Positions 1 to 8,129 of a stretch of 64,000 bases of DNA are shown one piece after another; positions within the stretch are counted from its first letter, which is position 1, and every line of letters begins with the position of its first letter. The notes beneath the pieces are model-generated. The model searched no databases. It was not told the origin of the DNA and worked only from the letters and a program-made list of their open reading frames with translations. Position numbers and translations under genes: made by a program. The stretch is taken from assembly GCA_004557245.1 (NCBI GenBank), contig SFEL01000011.1, positions 6,356-70,355 on the forward strand, read 5' to 3'. The DNA comes from Clostridiales bacterium. Lineage in GTDB: Bacteria; Bacillota; Clostridia; Christensenellales; CAG-138.

Positions 1-182
1 GCAAAAACCATTTCCCCGAAGCCACGAATGAAGCAGTAGTGGATGCCGTCTACTCCCGCACAGCCGATGATAGATGCGCCTTTCGGCGTACAAAAATAGG
101 TGCCGGGATCGGTTGATTTCTCCAAACCAACAGGTGTGAGATCAATGTGCTTTTTTTGAAACTGCGAATAAGATGTTGCCAT
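1..182 (-). CDS. hypothetical protein, N-terminal part only (gene runs off the left edge)
   Basis: ATG at 180-182 (minus) about 8 nt after AGGAGA. Frame is open to position 1. N-terminus MATSYSQFQKKHIDLTPVGLEK. Absent from the ORF track because it is truncated. Confidence 0.4.
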   Translation of the reverse strand, partial: MATSYSQFQKKHIDLTPVGLEKSTDPGTYFCTPKGASIIGCAGVDGIHYCFIRGFGEMVF

Positions 183-203
183 ATAAAATATCTCCTAAAT
201 CAA

Positions 204-1247
204 TCACGCACCGAGCAAGCTCTGGTCAAAGGCGAACAGAGCCTCGTTTATTTCAAAGACATTGTAGTTTTCATTCTCGATGAAATACTCAATGATGATG
301 TCAAACTTGTTTGAGTGAGAGAGTGCAAATCCAGCCTTCATGAGCATATCCTTTGTCTCGTCCAGAGACAGCTCAAGAGCAATGGCGAATGCAATAGCCG
401 TAGGCTTGCTCGGCTTATACAGCTTATCGCTACGGATCTTCGAGAAGAGCTTCCGGTCAATGTTTGCCTTCTTGTAGCACTGGGCATCCGTCATACCTTT
501 CTCGTCGATTTTGCGCAGCAGCATCTCGGAAAAGCTCTCATCAATCTGACCCAGCGCCTCATCCAGAGATTTTGTCTTCTTTGGCGCTGCCATTGGCATA
601 GGCAGGATAGGCTCAATCACTTCTTCGGCTTCTTCGCAGACAGACGCTTCATAAACCGGCTCCAAATCCCGAAGGGCATTTAATCGGCGCAGACGCGCAG
701 AATAGTTGTCGGAATGCTCGTCCACATAGTTATCGTCTATGTACTCGGCAATGTCTGCATAGAGCTTACCGCTGATCTGATATGCCTTCCTGTCAAAGAT
801 AACGATGTAGACGGTCATGTCGTTCTCAAGCAGGAACTCACTGATTGTATCAATGGCAATTCTGAGCGCCTGGTCTTTCGGATAGCCATAGATACCGGAA
901 GAGATGAGCGGAAATGCAACCGTCTCACATTCCTTATCCTTAGCCAGCGCAAGAGAAGTGCGATAACAGGAAATGAGATGGTCACGCTCTCCATGCTTGC
1001 CGTCCCGCCAGCGGGGGCCTACGGCATGGATCACATACTTGCAGGGCAGCTTGTAGCCCTTCGTAATCTTGGCGCTGCCGGTTTCACATCCGCCCAGCGT
1101 TTTACATTCAGCCAGCAGCTCCGGCCCTGCAGCACGATGGATGCAGCCGTCAACACCACCACCGCCCAGAAGCGATGCGTTGGCAGCGTTGACGATTGCG
1201 TCCACTTTCATTTTTGTGATGTCATTTCTGACAATTTGAAGAGGCAT
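204..1247 (-). CDS. macro domain (MacroD/YmdB-like ADP-ribose binding/hydrolase) protein with an unassigned C-terminal helical module
   Basis: 347-aa ORF with motifs [23 protein letters not shown] and [12 protein letters not shown]. The last ~120 aa are not assignable. Confidence 0.8.
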   Translation of the reverse strand: MPLQIVRNDITKMKVDAIVNAANASLLGGGGVDGCIHRAAGPELLAECKTLGGCETGSAKITKGYKLPCKYVIHAVGPRWRDGKHGERDHLISCYRTSLALAKDKECETVAFPLISSGIYGYPKDQALRIAIDTISEFLLENDMTVYIVIFDRKAYQISGKLYADIAEYIDDNYVDEHSDNYSARLRRLNALRDLEPVYEASVCEEAEEVIEPILPMPMAAPKKTKSLDEALGQIDESFSEMLLRKIDEKGMTDAQCYKKANIDRKLFSKIRSDKLYKPSKPTAIAFAIALELSLDETKDMLMKAGFALSHSNKFDIIIEYFIENENYNVFEINEALFAFDQSLLGA

Positions 1248-1259
1248 ACTTTGTTCCTC

Positions 1260-1967
1260 CTATATTTCCAGCTTCCAGCCATAATCTCCATGATAGATCA
1301 TCTGCTTCGTCATACCACCGTCAATGCAGATATTCTCTCCGGTGATAAACCCGGCCTTTTCAGAGCAGAGGAACAAAACCATATTGGCAATATCCATCGG
1401 ATTCCCAACCCGTCCTGACGGTTGCTGAACGGCATCCGCTCCTTCGTATTCGCGGTAATCCGTATCAATCCAGCCGGGAGAAATGGAATTGACACGAAGT
1501 TTTCCAGAGAAGCTGACTGCAAGCGCATGAGTCAGCGCCGCAATACCTCCCTTGGCCGCTGTATAGCTTTCGGTCTGCGGCTGACTCATCCGATCTCTGG
1601 ATGAAGAAATATTGATGATAACGCTGCCTTTGCCGAAATGCTCAGAGAAGAGCTTGCTGAGATAGAAGGGTGCTGTGATACCGACAGACAAGGCATACTG
1701 AAACTCTTCATAGGAGCATTTGGAAATTCCCTTCATTAACGGAAGAGCATTGTTGATCAGGTAGTCCACATGGCCATGCTTATCCAGAACATAGGAAGCA
1801 AACGCCTCTAATGTTTCTTTTCTGCTGATGTCTCCGGTGTAGTGATCTCCCGGTGCGATGTCAATAATCTCAACTGCTGCGCCCTCGCTGCGGAAGGAGT
1901 CTGCAATCGCTTTACCGATACCATGTGCGCCGCCTGTTATAACTGCGACTTTGTTATCGAAATCCAT
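1260..1967 (-). CDS. SDR family oxidoreductase
   Basis: 235-aa ORF with Rossmann motif TGGAHGIGKA and catalytic YTAAK (YxxxK). Confidence 0.85.
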   Translation of the reverse strand: MDFDNKVAVITGGAHGIGKAIADSFRSEGAAVEIIDIAPGDHYTGDISRKETLEAFASYVLDKHGHVDYLINNALPLMKGISKCSYEEFQYALSVGITAPFYLSKLFSEHFGKGSVIINISSSRDRMSQPQTESYTAAKGGIAALTHALAVSFSGKLRVNSISPGWIDTDYREYEGADAVQQPSGRVGNPMDIANMVLFLCSEKAGFITGENICIDGGMTKQMIYHGDYGWKLEI

Positions 1968-1982
1968 TTGCCTTACCTCAAC

Positions 1983-2462
1983 TTAGAACTTGAGATTATC
2001 TACCCATACGGCAATTTCTGCTAAGTTCGTGCGAGACTTGAACACCTTGCCCTCGATCAATTTCGCACCCTTGCAGCTCGGAGTAAGGCTTTCGTTGGTC
2101 TTTCCCATGCCGCTTCCGCCAGAGGTTGCAAACGGAATGATTGTCTTTCCGGTCATATCGTAGCTTTCAAGGAAGGTATTGATGATATGGGGAGCCACAT
2201 ACCACCAGATCGGGAAGCCGATAAAGATTGTGTCGTAGTCATCCATGTTGTCCCGCTTACCGGCGATAGCAGGACGGGAGGCCGGATCGCTCATCTCAAC
2301 ACTGCTTCGGGATTTCTGATTTGTCCAGTCAAGATCGGCCTTGCTGTAAGGTACTGCCGGTTCAATTTCGTATATATCCGCACCGATGGCCTCAGCCAAT
2401 GTTTCAGCTACTTTGGCTGTCACGCCGGATGCGGAAAAGTATGCCACAAGTTTTCTGCTCAT
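1983..2462 (-). CDS. flavodoxin family protein
   Basis: 159-aa ORF. KLVAYFSASGVTAKVAE N-terminus and FIGFPIWW motif are typical of short flavodoxin-like proteins. Confidence 0.75.
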   Translation of the reverse strand: MSRKLVAYFSASGVTAKVAETLAEAIGADIYEIEPAVPYSKADLDWTNQKSRSSVEMSDPASRPAIAGKRDNMDDYDTIFIGFPIWWYVAPHIINTFLESYDMTGKTIIPFATSGGSGMGKTNESLTPSCKGAKLIEGKVFKSRTNLAEIAVWVDNLKF

Positions 2463-2478
2463 TGTTTTCCCTCACTTC

Positions 2479-2805
2479 TCAGGCTATAAGCCTATATATC
2501 GTCAGGGGCAGATACCAAACTGCCACTGCAAGTCTGTAAATTAGGATCACTCCGCCGATCAATCCTCCGAGAACAATGTTGAGCGCAACAACGCCAACTG
2601 TACCAGAGGTGCCAAAGCCAATCGGAATCAGCGTGAACATCTTGACGATGCCAAACGGCACTCCGCAAGCAAGCCAGATTAGAAAATAATTCGGTGTGCC
2701 ATTCTCAATGAAAATCCGGCTGAAAATCGAGAACAGCAGCAGTGCCACGACAACCGGCAGCATTGTTTTTCTTATAAAGTCCCTCATGACTTCGGTTTTG
2801 GTCAT
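2479..2805 (-). CDS. small integral membrane protein, unknown function
   Basis: 108-aa ORF with three hydrophobic stretches. It starts 11 nt after the ImmA-like gene ends. Confidence 0.55.
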   Translation of the reverse strand: MTKTEVMRDFIRKTMLPVVVALLLFSIFSRIFIENGTPNYFLIWLACGVPFGIVKMFTLIPIGFGTSGTVGVVALNIVLGGLIGGVILIYRLAVAVWYLPLTIYRLIA

Positions 2806-2815
2806 AGCATCCTCC

Positions 2816-3325
2816 TTATTTCAGGAAGTCGCTCCGATGGTCAATCCGGCGAAGGTCATATCCGGTCTCAGCCAGATGTGCCACCTTCAAAGCGACTAAG
2901 TTTATGTCAGTATACATAGCTCGTGCGATCTGCTCCGAGGTATAGCCGTACTCATAGATGTATTCAAGAATGGTATCAGTATCAAGCAATATTTCTGCGG
3001 CTACGATGTTCGCCTCATACTCCGGCTTTGTTGCCATGTCGTACAGCATGAACTCTTGAATAGCGTCATTCTTTGCCATGCTCCGGTGCAACTGATCATG
3101 CCCGATTTCGTGTGCGCAGACAATCGTCTGCATACGAGGACTCAAATCCTTATTGATGAAAATAAAGCGATTGCGTTTGATTACTCTATACATTCCCTTG
3201 AGGGGACCGAAGTCTTCGCAGAAAAGGACTTCAATGCCCAGCTCATGTGCAATGCGAAAAGGGTCTCGTGTTCCCAGGCGATTTACAAGGTCGTTGCCTA
3301 CTTTCGAGAGATATGCAGCAGTCAT
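2816..3325 (-). CDS. ImmA/IrrE family metallo-endopeptidase (COG2856)
   Basis: 169-aa ORF with an HEIGH zinc motif followed by EYEANIVAAEILL. It lies downstream of an XRE gene, as in immR-immA modules. Confidence 0.85.
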   Translation of the reverse strand: MTAAYLSKVGNDLVNRLGTRDPFRIAHELGIEVLFCEDFGPLKGMYRVIKRNRFIFINKDLSPRMQTIVCAHEIGHDQLHRSMAKNDAIQEFMLYDMATKPEYEANIVAAEILLDTDTILEYIYEYGYTSEQIARAMYTDINLVALKVAHLAETGYDLRRIDHRSDFLK

Positions 3326-3385
3326 CGTTCCACCTCCATTCGTGGAAATAAAAGTATAGCAGAAGAGGTGTCCAACAGAACGGAC

Positions 3386-3808
3386 TTATTCCGCTGGATC
3401 TTCGCTCTTCCGATACTTCTTGGGAGCGTACTTCTTATTCTTCGCTTTGGCGATCCAATAGGCATCATTGAGTGCTTTCATTGCACCTTCCAAAGCCTCT
3501 TCACTCAGACTGCCACCGGCGAAAAGACCGGTCACTTCGCCTACCAACTCATCAATATCTCTGGCTGCTCTCGCGCCGCCCTTCTCGTAAGCATCAGCGA
3601 CATAAGCTCCGCTGCTGCCCAGCAAGTATTCTGTGGTAGTTCCGAGAGCATCTGCAATTTTCTGGACAACCTCCATGTGGACAGGCTTGCGGCTTCCAAG
3701 CTCATAATTCTGAATTGTACGCGCTGTAACTCCGGCTTTCTTAGCGAGTTCTACCTGAGTCAGACCGGCTTCAATCCTTTTTTCTTTCAGTCGCTCTTTG
3801 AAACCCAT
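3386..3808 (-). CDS. XRE family HTH transcriptional regulator (ImmR-like)
   Basis: 140-aa ORF with N-terminal HTH LTQVELAKKAGVTARTIQNYELG. Confidence 0.85.
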   Translation of the reverse strand: MGFKERLKEKRIEAGLTQVELAKKAGVTARTIQNYELGSRKPVHMEVVQKIADALGTTTEYLLGSSGAYVADAYEKGGARAARDIDELVGEVTGLFAGGSLSEEALEGAMKALNDAYWIAKAKNKKYAPKKYRKSEDPAE

Positions 3809-3840
3809 AAGGCACCTCTTTCTTTAATTTTTCGTGAACA

Positions 3841-3975
3841 CGAACACTTTTTCGCTAAAACCCATTGACGCGAAACACTGTTCGCGGCATAATGATTACG
3901 CAGCACGAAATTGTGTTCGTCTATATGATACCACACGAAAGGGTGTGTGTCAACAGGAGCATGAAATAATGTTCG
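3841..3975. promoter_or_regulatory. array of four CGAA-N6-TTCG palindromic operator-like sites in the divergent intergenic region
   Basis: Sites at 3841-3854, 3871-3884 and 3906-3919 are perfect CGAA-N6-TTCG. Site 3962-3975 is TGAA-N6-TTCG. Confidence 0.6.
3865..3893 (+). promoter_or_regulatory. sigma-A type promoter for the rightward operon
   Basis: TTGACG (3865-3870), 17-nt spacer, CATAAT (3888-3893). The spacer is filled by operator site 2. Confidence 0.5.
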
Positions 3976-4012
3976 TGCTTTTAAGTAACTTTTTTATGAA
4001 CGGAGGCTGGTT

Positions 4013-4273
4013 ATGAATAACGCTCAGTGCAGAAAAGCGTATGTTTCGGTTAATGTTGATGTGGATGAGGAAGGCACTATTCATCCATGCTTCATCCGCT
4101 GGAAGGACGGACTCATCTTCCAGATCGACAAAGTCTTGTATAAGTGCCGCGCAACCTCAAAAAAAGTGGGAGGCGGCGGTATTCGCTACACCGTATTGAT
4201 CAGAGGAAAGGAGTCGTTTCTGTTTCATGAAGGTGATAAATGGTTCGTAGAAGCAAAGGAGGGCTGCTCGTGA
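4013..4273 (+). CDS. hypothetical small protein
   Basis: 86-aa ORF. Its stop overlaps the next gene's start (GTGA). Confidence 0.5.
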   Translation: MNNAQCRKAYVSVNVDVDEEGTIHPCFIRWKDGLIFQIDKVLYKCRATSKKVGGGGIRYTVLIRGKESFLFHEGDKWFVEAKEGCS

Positions 4274-5004
4274 TTCTATCCCATATGCAGATCGAAGAAA
4301 TAGCAGCAGCCGTGACCAAGGACTTCAATGAGTTCTTTTTCGGGAAAGATGCAGACAATGAGAGGTCAACTGCTCAGGCAACACCGATTGACCAGTTTGC
4401 CAAGGATTATCTCGGCTTGAGCGTTTCATTTGCTCATCTATCCTCTGATGGAAGCCTATGCGGGCTAACCGCTTATGCCGATACAGAGTACACCATAGAG
4501 GAAGAGGGCGTTAAGCGGACAATCCCGCTGAAAGCAAATCAGGTTCTTTTGGATATGAGCTTTATTCAGCCGGGACAGGTTCATGCTTTGTGCGGGAAGC
4601 GCAGATTTACCCTTGCCCATGAATGCGCTCATCAAATCCTGTTCGGGATGGAAAGCGATAATGACAAGAGAACGCACGAAAGCAAATATGCCCCCAGAGC
4701 GGCATATTCGCTCCGTGATCTCAAGACCCGCGAGGATTGGAATGAATGGCAAGCTAATGTGTTAGGCGCTGCTATTCTGATGCCCCAAAAGGAAATCGAC
4801 ATTGCCATGAGGCAATTTGCCCGTGGCCGTGTTCTCAGGAACTACGAAGGAAGGTTTAATTATATTGATTGTTTATCCCTGACTCTGCTGTGCCAGTCTC
4901 TCGGAGTTTCCAAGTCCGCAGCCATTATTCGGCTGAGGCAACTCGGCTACATCGAGGACCGCCCCTTTGCGGAGTATGACGATCCGTTGGAGGTGTGGTT
5001 GTGA
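4270..5004 (+). CDS. ImmA/IrrE-like metallopeptidase (second copy)
   Basis: HECAH zinc motif and EWQANVLGAAILMP. GTG at 4270 lies 6 nt after AAGGAGGG. The ORF track start at 4240 is less likely. Confidence 0.75.
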   Translation: MILSHMQIEEIAAAVTKDFNEFFFGKDADNERSTAQATPIDQFAKDYLGLSVSFAHLSSDGSLCGLTAYADTEYTIEEEGVKRTIPLKANQVLLDMSFIQPGQVHALCGKRRFTLAHECAHQILFGMESDNDKRTHESKYAPRAAYSLRDLKTREDWNEWQANVLGAAILMPQKEIDIAMRQFARGRVLRNYEGRFNYIDCLSLTLLCQSLGVSKSAAIIRLRQLGYIEDRPFAEYDDPLEVWL

Positions 5005-5255
5005 GCAGAAACATCCGGGTTTCCGAGCCTTCGCCGGAAATGCAGATAAAGATACAGAGGGCGCGATGCGCCATAATAAGTCAAAAGATGCGCATGGTGA
5101 AATGCCCCTATTGCGGGCATAATTCCATCGCCGTATTTGAGGACACAAGAGGCCATATCCAAGCAAAATGTAAGGCTTGTGGACGCGAGACAGTCTTTGA
5201 TGTCCTCAGCATGAGAAGGTTAAAGTTAAAACTCCGTCTGAAAGGCCGGAGATAA
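5001..5255 (+). CDS. cysteine-rich zinc-ribbon protein (KTR-like)
   Basis: CPYCG...17 aa...CKACG zinc ribbon. The start is uncertain: GTG 5001 follows GGAGG, and ATG 5040 is also possible. Confidence 0.55.
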   Translation: MSRNIRVSEPSPEMQIKIQRARCAIISQKMRMVKCPYCGHNSIAVFEDTRGHIQAKCKACGRETVFDVLSMRRLKLKLRLKGRR

Positions 5256-5319
5256 TAACATACAACAAAATATTATGATAGCTGTGCTGTGGAGCCGCTG
5301 ATTGGTGAGTCTTCCCAAT

Positions 5320-5395
5320 GCCGCATGAACAGAGTTTTCGGACTCTGTTTTATCGGCATGGGATTCAAGCTCACCGTCATGCGGCTCTATTTTTG
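5320..5395 (+). terminator. long stem-loop with U-tract (internal attenuator or terminator before the sigma-like gene)
   Basis: GCCGCATGA (5320-5328) pairs with TCATGCGGC (5377-5385), followed by TCTATTTTT. An inner hairpin AACAGAGT/ACTCTGTT is present. Confidence 0.45.
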
Positions 5396-5438
5396 TCTCG
5401 TCCATCCGCTGCTCCGCGCCAGCGGAAAGGACAAGACA

Positions 5439-5930
5439 ATGAAAACCCCTATCGAATTTGACTACGATCTCTGGACTACGGAGGAAGGCAAGTGCATGGT
5501 GCGCGTGAAGCTCACTGGCGAAGTATGCGAGGTCAGCAGAGAAACCATGAGAGTTCTACGCAACGAGGAAAAGAAGCTCAGACGCTCTAAGACCGGAGTA
5601 CCTATTGCCGGTTGCAAGGATGAGGATGAGACGGCAACTCTTCTTTCGCTTGATTTTGTCAGTGTGCAGGATGCAGAAGAGATGAGTCCTGCTTGGCTGG
5701 AAGACCCGAACGATTTGGAAGAAACAGTTCTCACTTCCGTTATGGAGCAGGAATTCCGTTTGCTTCTGAGCGAACGTCAGCTTGAAGTTTACCACTACTG
5801 CTTGCTCGGCGGCATGAGCATGACGGATTACAGCAAGGCTCGTGGAATTGATGTCTCTACTGTTTTTGAAGCCAAGAGAGATGTTCAGAAAAAAGCAAAA
5901 ATATTTTTTAAGGAGACCCCCAAAAACTGA
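5439..5930 (+). CDS. sigma-70 region-4 / HTH protein (Tn916 ORF7-like)
   Basis: ATG 5439 follows GGAAAGG. The C-terminal LSERQLEVYHYCLLGGMSMTDYSKARGIDVSTVFEAK resembles sigma region 4. Confidence 0.55.
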   Translation: MKTPIEFDYDLWTTEEGKCMVRVKLTGEVCEVSRETMRVLRNEEKKLRRSKTGVPIAGCKDEDETATLLSLDFVSVQDAEEMSPAWLEDPNDLEETVLTSVMEQEFRLLLSERQLEVYHYCLLGGMSMTDYSKARGIDVSTVFEAKRDVQKKAKIFFKETPKN

Positions 5931-5989
5931 TGAAAAATGTCCGTTGTATTTTGAAGAGGCTTAATCGCCGCTTCACGGTTCCTTGAAAA

Positions 5990-6245
5990 CTGAATAGTCA
6001 GTGCTGCGGATCTTTCCTCTTTTCTCGAAGCGACTTGTCTTCTGCCGCCATGACCTCCAACCGGAGCGAGCGATCAACAGAGAGACTAAACAACCGTGTG
6101 GTGCGGCTGCTTGCGATGATGGAGAAGTTGGGTACAATGATACTTCCGTTTCTTCTTTGAAGGGGCGGCTCGGAGCGATCCTCGGAGGGGTGAGAGTCCC
6201 ATGATACTGCTTTACCGGTGGTAGTCCGCAGCATTCCCTATTCAG
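5990..6245. ncRNA. candidate structured RNA (class unknown) in an ORF-free gap
   Basis: 17 Watson-Crick pairs close a ~255-nt domain: 5990-5997 with 6238-6245, and 6002-6010 with 6225-6233. Only three mutually overlapping RBS-less ORFs cover the region. Confidence 0.3.
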
Positions 6246-6372
6246 CAGGGGCGCGAGCTGCAAATATGCTGGAACACAATTTATCATCAAAAACTATGGG
6301 CAGCAGTTGTCAACCGACTGCTGCCTATCCTTTTACTGATAAAGCAAAAACAAATAAACGGAGGTGAGACGG

Positions 6373-6612
6373 GTGAATACCGCATCAACCATTTCTCAGC
6401 GCGATGCCTATAAGCTCATGCTAAAAGACTATCCCGATGTGATGAGCATTGAGCAGATGTGTGAAATACTCAGCATCAGCACAAAGACCGGCTATCGTAT
6501 TCTGCGCGAAGGCAAAATCCTTAGCCTCAAGGTCGGCAGAGCCTATCGTATTCCGAAGGCTCATCTTTTCACTTATCTCTGCATCGGCTGCGGAGAAACA
6601 GTGAACGCATAA
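6373..6612 (+). CDS. excisionase-type HTH DNA-binding protein
   Basis: MSIEQMCEILSISTKTGYRILREGKILSLKVGRAYRIPK is typical of the excisionase/MerR-like HTH_17 type. GTG 6373 lies 9 nt after GGAGG. Confidence 0.7.
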   Translation: MNTASTISQRDAYKLMLKDYPDVMSIEQMCEILSISTKTGYRILREGKILSLKVGRAYRIPKAHLFTYLCIGCGETVNA

Positions 6613-6736
6613 GATTTGGACTCAAAAAGTTTACAAAAAAGTGCGTCAGTAGGTCCTCCAATTTGAACCCGGTTCTGGTATAATAGGATCCCGGTATAAG
6701 GTAGGTGTTACTGCTACGCAAGAAGGAGGATAATAA

Positions 6737-7975
6737 ATGGTAGCAGGACATCTCCGCGAAAAAAAAGGATATTATTACGCCGTGTTGAACTACACCGATT
6801 CTCTCGGAAAAAGAAAGACCAAGTGGATTTCTACCGGACTTACTGTTAAGGGAAACAAAAAACGCGCCGAAGCAATCCTGATGGATGCGCGACGCAATTT
6901 CAATCCCGAAGAGCCGAAGGTCATGAACGGGGACATCCTGTTCGCGGACTACATGGAACAATGGCTCGACATTATCAAAAGCTCGGTTGCAGTCCCGACA
7001 TTTGCTTCTTACTCGACCACGGTCAAAAGGGTCGTCGCACCGTACTTCCGTGAAAAGGAGATCACTCTCAAGAATCTGACCGCAAAGGATATTCAGGAGT
7101 TCTATATGAAGGAGCTCCAGCGCGTCAGTGCTTCCTCGGTCATCCATTATCATGCCAACATTCATAAGGCTCTCAAGTATGCCGTGAAGATTGACCTGAT
7201 TGATGTAAACCCGGCAGATAAGGTTGAACGTCCGAAGAAGGATCGCTATGTCGGCAGCTTTTATGATGCCGATGAGGTCAACGCTCTCTTCGAAGCAGCT
7301 AAAGGAACGAAACTTGAGCTTCCGATTCTGTTCGGCGCATTCTACGGTCTGCGACGGAGTGAAGCAATCGGTCTGAAATGGGATGCTATTGACTTTGAGC
7401 AGAACACGATCACCATCCGTCACACAGTTACTTCTTGTGACCTGGACGGCAAGCGCGTTCTGGTCGCATCCGACACCACCAAGACCAAATCGAGTATGAG
7501 GACGCTCCCGCTTGTTCCTTTCATGAGAGAAAGACTTCTCGCCCTAAAAGAAGAACAGCAGGAAAACCGTCGTTTGTGCGGACGCAGCTATATCAAGGAC
7601 TACATCGGTTATGTTTGCGTAAACGAGATTGGTGATCTGATTAAACCTCACTATGTTACTGAGAGTTTTCCGAATCTGCTCAAGGCAAACGGGCTGAGAC
7701 ACATCAGGTATCACGACTTGAGACATAGCTGTGCCTCGTTACTTCTGGCAAACGGTGTTCCCATGAAGCAGATTCAGGAATGGCTTGGTCACAGCGACTT
7801 CTCAACCACGGCAAACATTTACGCACATCTGGATTATAGCTCGAAGCTGACTTCGGCTGACGCGATGCTCAATGGCCGGGAAAACCGGCTACTGGCGGAC
7901 ATTCTGGCGGAGACGGTGGGATTCGAACCCACGGACCCTTGCGGATCAAACGATTTCGAGTCGTTCTCGTTATGA
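6737..7975 (+). CDS. int: tyrosine-type site-specific integrase
   Basis: 412-aa ORF after AAGGAGG. C-terminal catalytic region HDLRHSCASLLL...GHSDFSTTANIYAHL. The last ~70 nt overlap tRNA-Ser. Confidence 0.9.
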   Translation: MVAGHLREKKGYYYAVLNYTDSLGKRKTKWISTGLTVKGNKKRAEAILMDARRNFNPEEPKVMNGDILFADYMEQWLDIIKSSVAVPTFASYSTTVKRVVAPYFREKEITLKNLTAKDIQEFYMKELQRVSASSVIHYHANIHKALKYAVKIDLIDVNPADKVERPKKDRYVGSFYDADEVNALFEAAKGTKLELPILFGAFYGLRRSEAIGLKWDAIDFEQNTITIRHTVTSCDLDGKRVLVASDTTKTKSSMRTLPLVPFMRERLLALKEEQQENRRLCGRSYIKDYIGYVCVNEIGDLIKPHYVTESFPNLLKANGLRHIRYHDLRHSCASLLLANGVPMKQIQEWLGHSDFSTTANIYAHLDYSSKLTSADAMLNGRENRLLADILAETVGFEPTDPCGSNDFESFSL

Positions 7976-7993
7976 CCACTTCGATACGTCTCC
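7905..7993 (-). tRNA. tRNA-Ser (anticodon CGA), type II with a long variable arm, CCA encoded
   Basis: Hand-folded. Acceptor GGAGACG/CGTCTCC, anticodon arm AACGA-CTCGAAA-TCGTT, T arm GTGGG-TTCGAAT-CCCAC. Confidence 0.85.
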
Positions 7994-8129
7994 GTATTTA
8001 TCTCAACATCAGCACCTCAGAAAACGGGGAGAACTGATGGGGAGAACAAAGAAAAATATTCAGTTAAAGATACCCGAAAAACCCCGTAAAATCAAGGGTT
8101 TCCGGTCAGGGAGCTACCGGATGGCGACC

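Larger units (their letters stand above)
1..7993. mobile_element. integrase-proximal arm of an integrative (possibly conjugative or mobilisable) element at tRNA-Ser; left end outside the window
   Basis: Regulatory, excision and integration genes abut a tRNA. The segment looks more A+T-rich than the downstream aro genes (not computed). Confidence 0.65.

Noticed and set aside
204-1247. Macro-domain protein as a DarG antitoxin of a DarTG system.
   Set aside because: No DarT (DUF4433-type) gene lies upstream; the neighbour is an ordinary SDR. The C-terminal module does not look like what I recall of the DarT-binding domain.
5973-6290. Three overlapping ORFs of 67-105 aa in the gap between the sigma-like gene and the excisionase.
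   Set aside because: They overlap each other on both strands, lack an RBS and have no motifs. The region is better described as non-coding structured sequence.
6737-7975. The integrase C-terminal ~45-aa tail as a distinct extra domain.
   Set aside because: The tail is just read-through into the tRNA-Ser sequence until the first stop. The catalytic region ends normally at ...NIYAHLDY.
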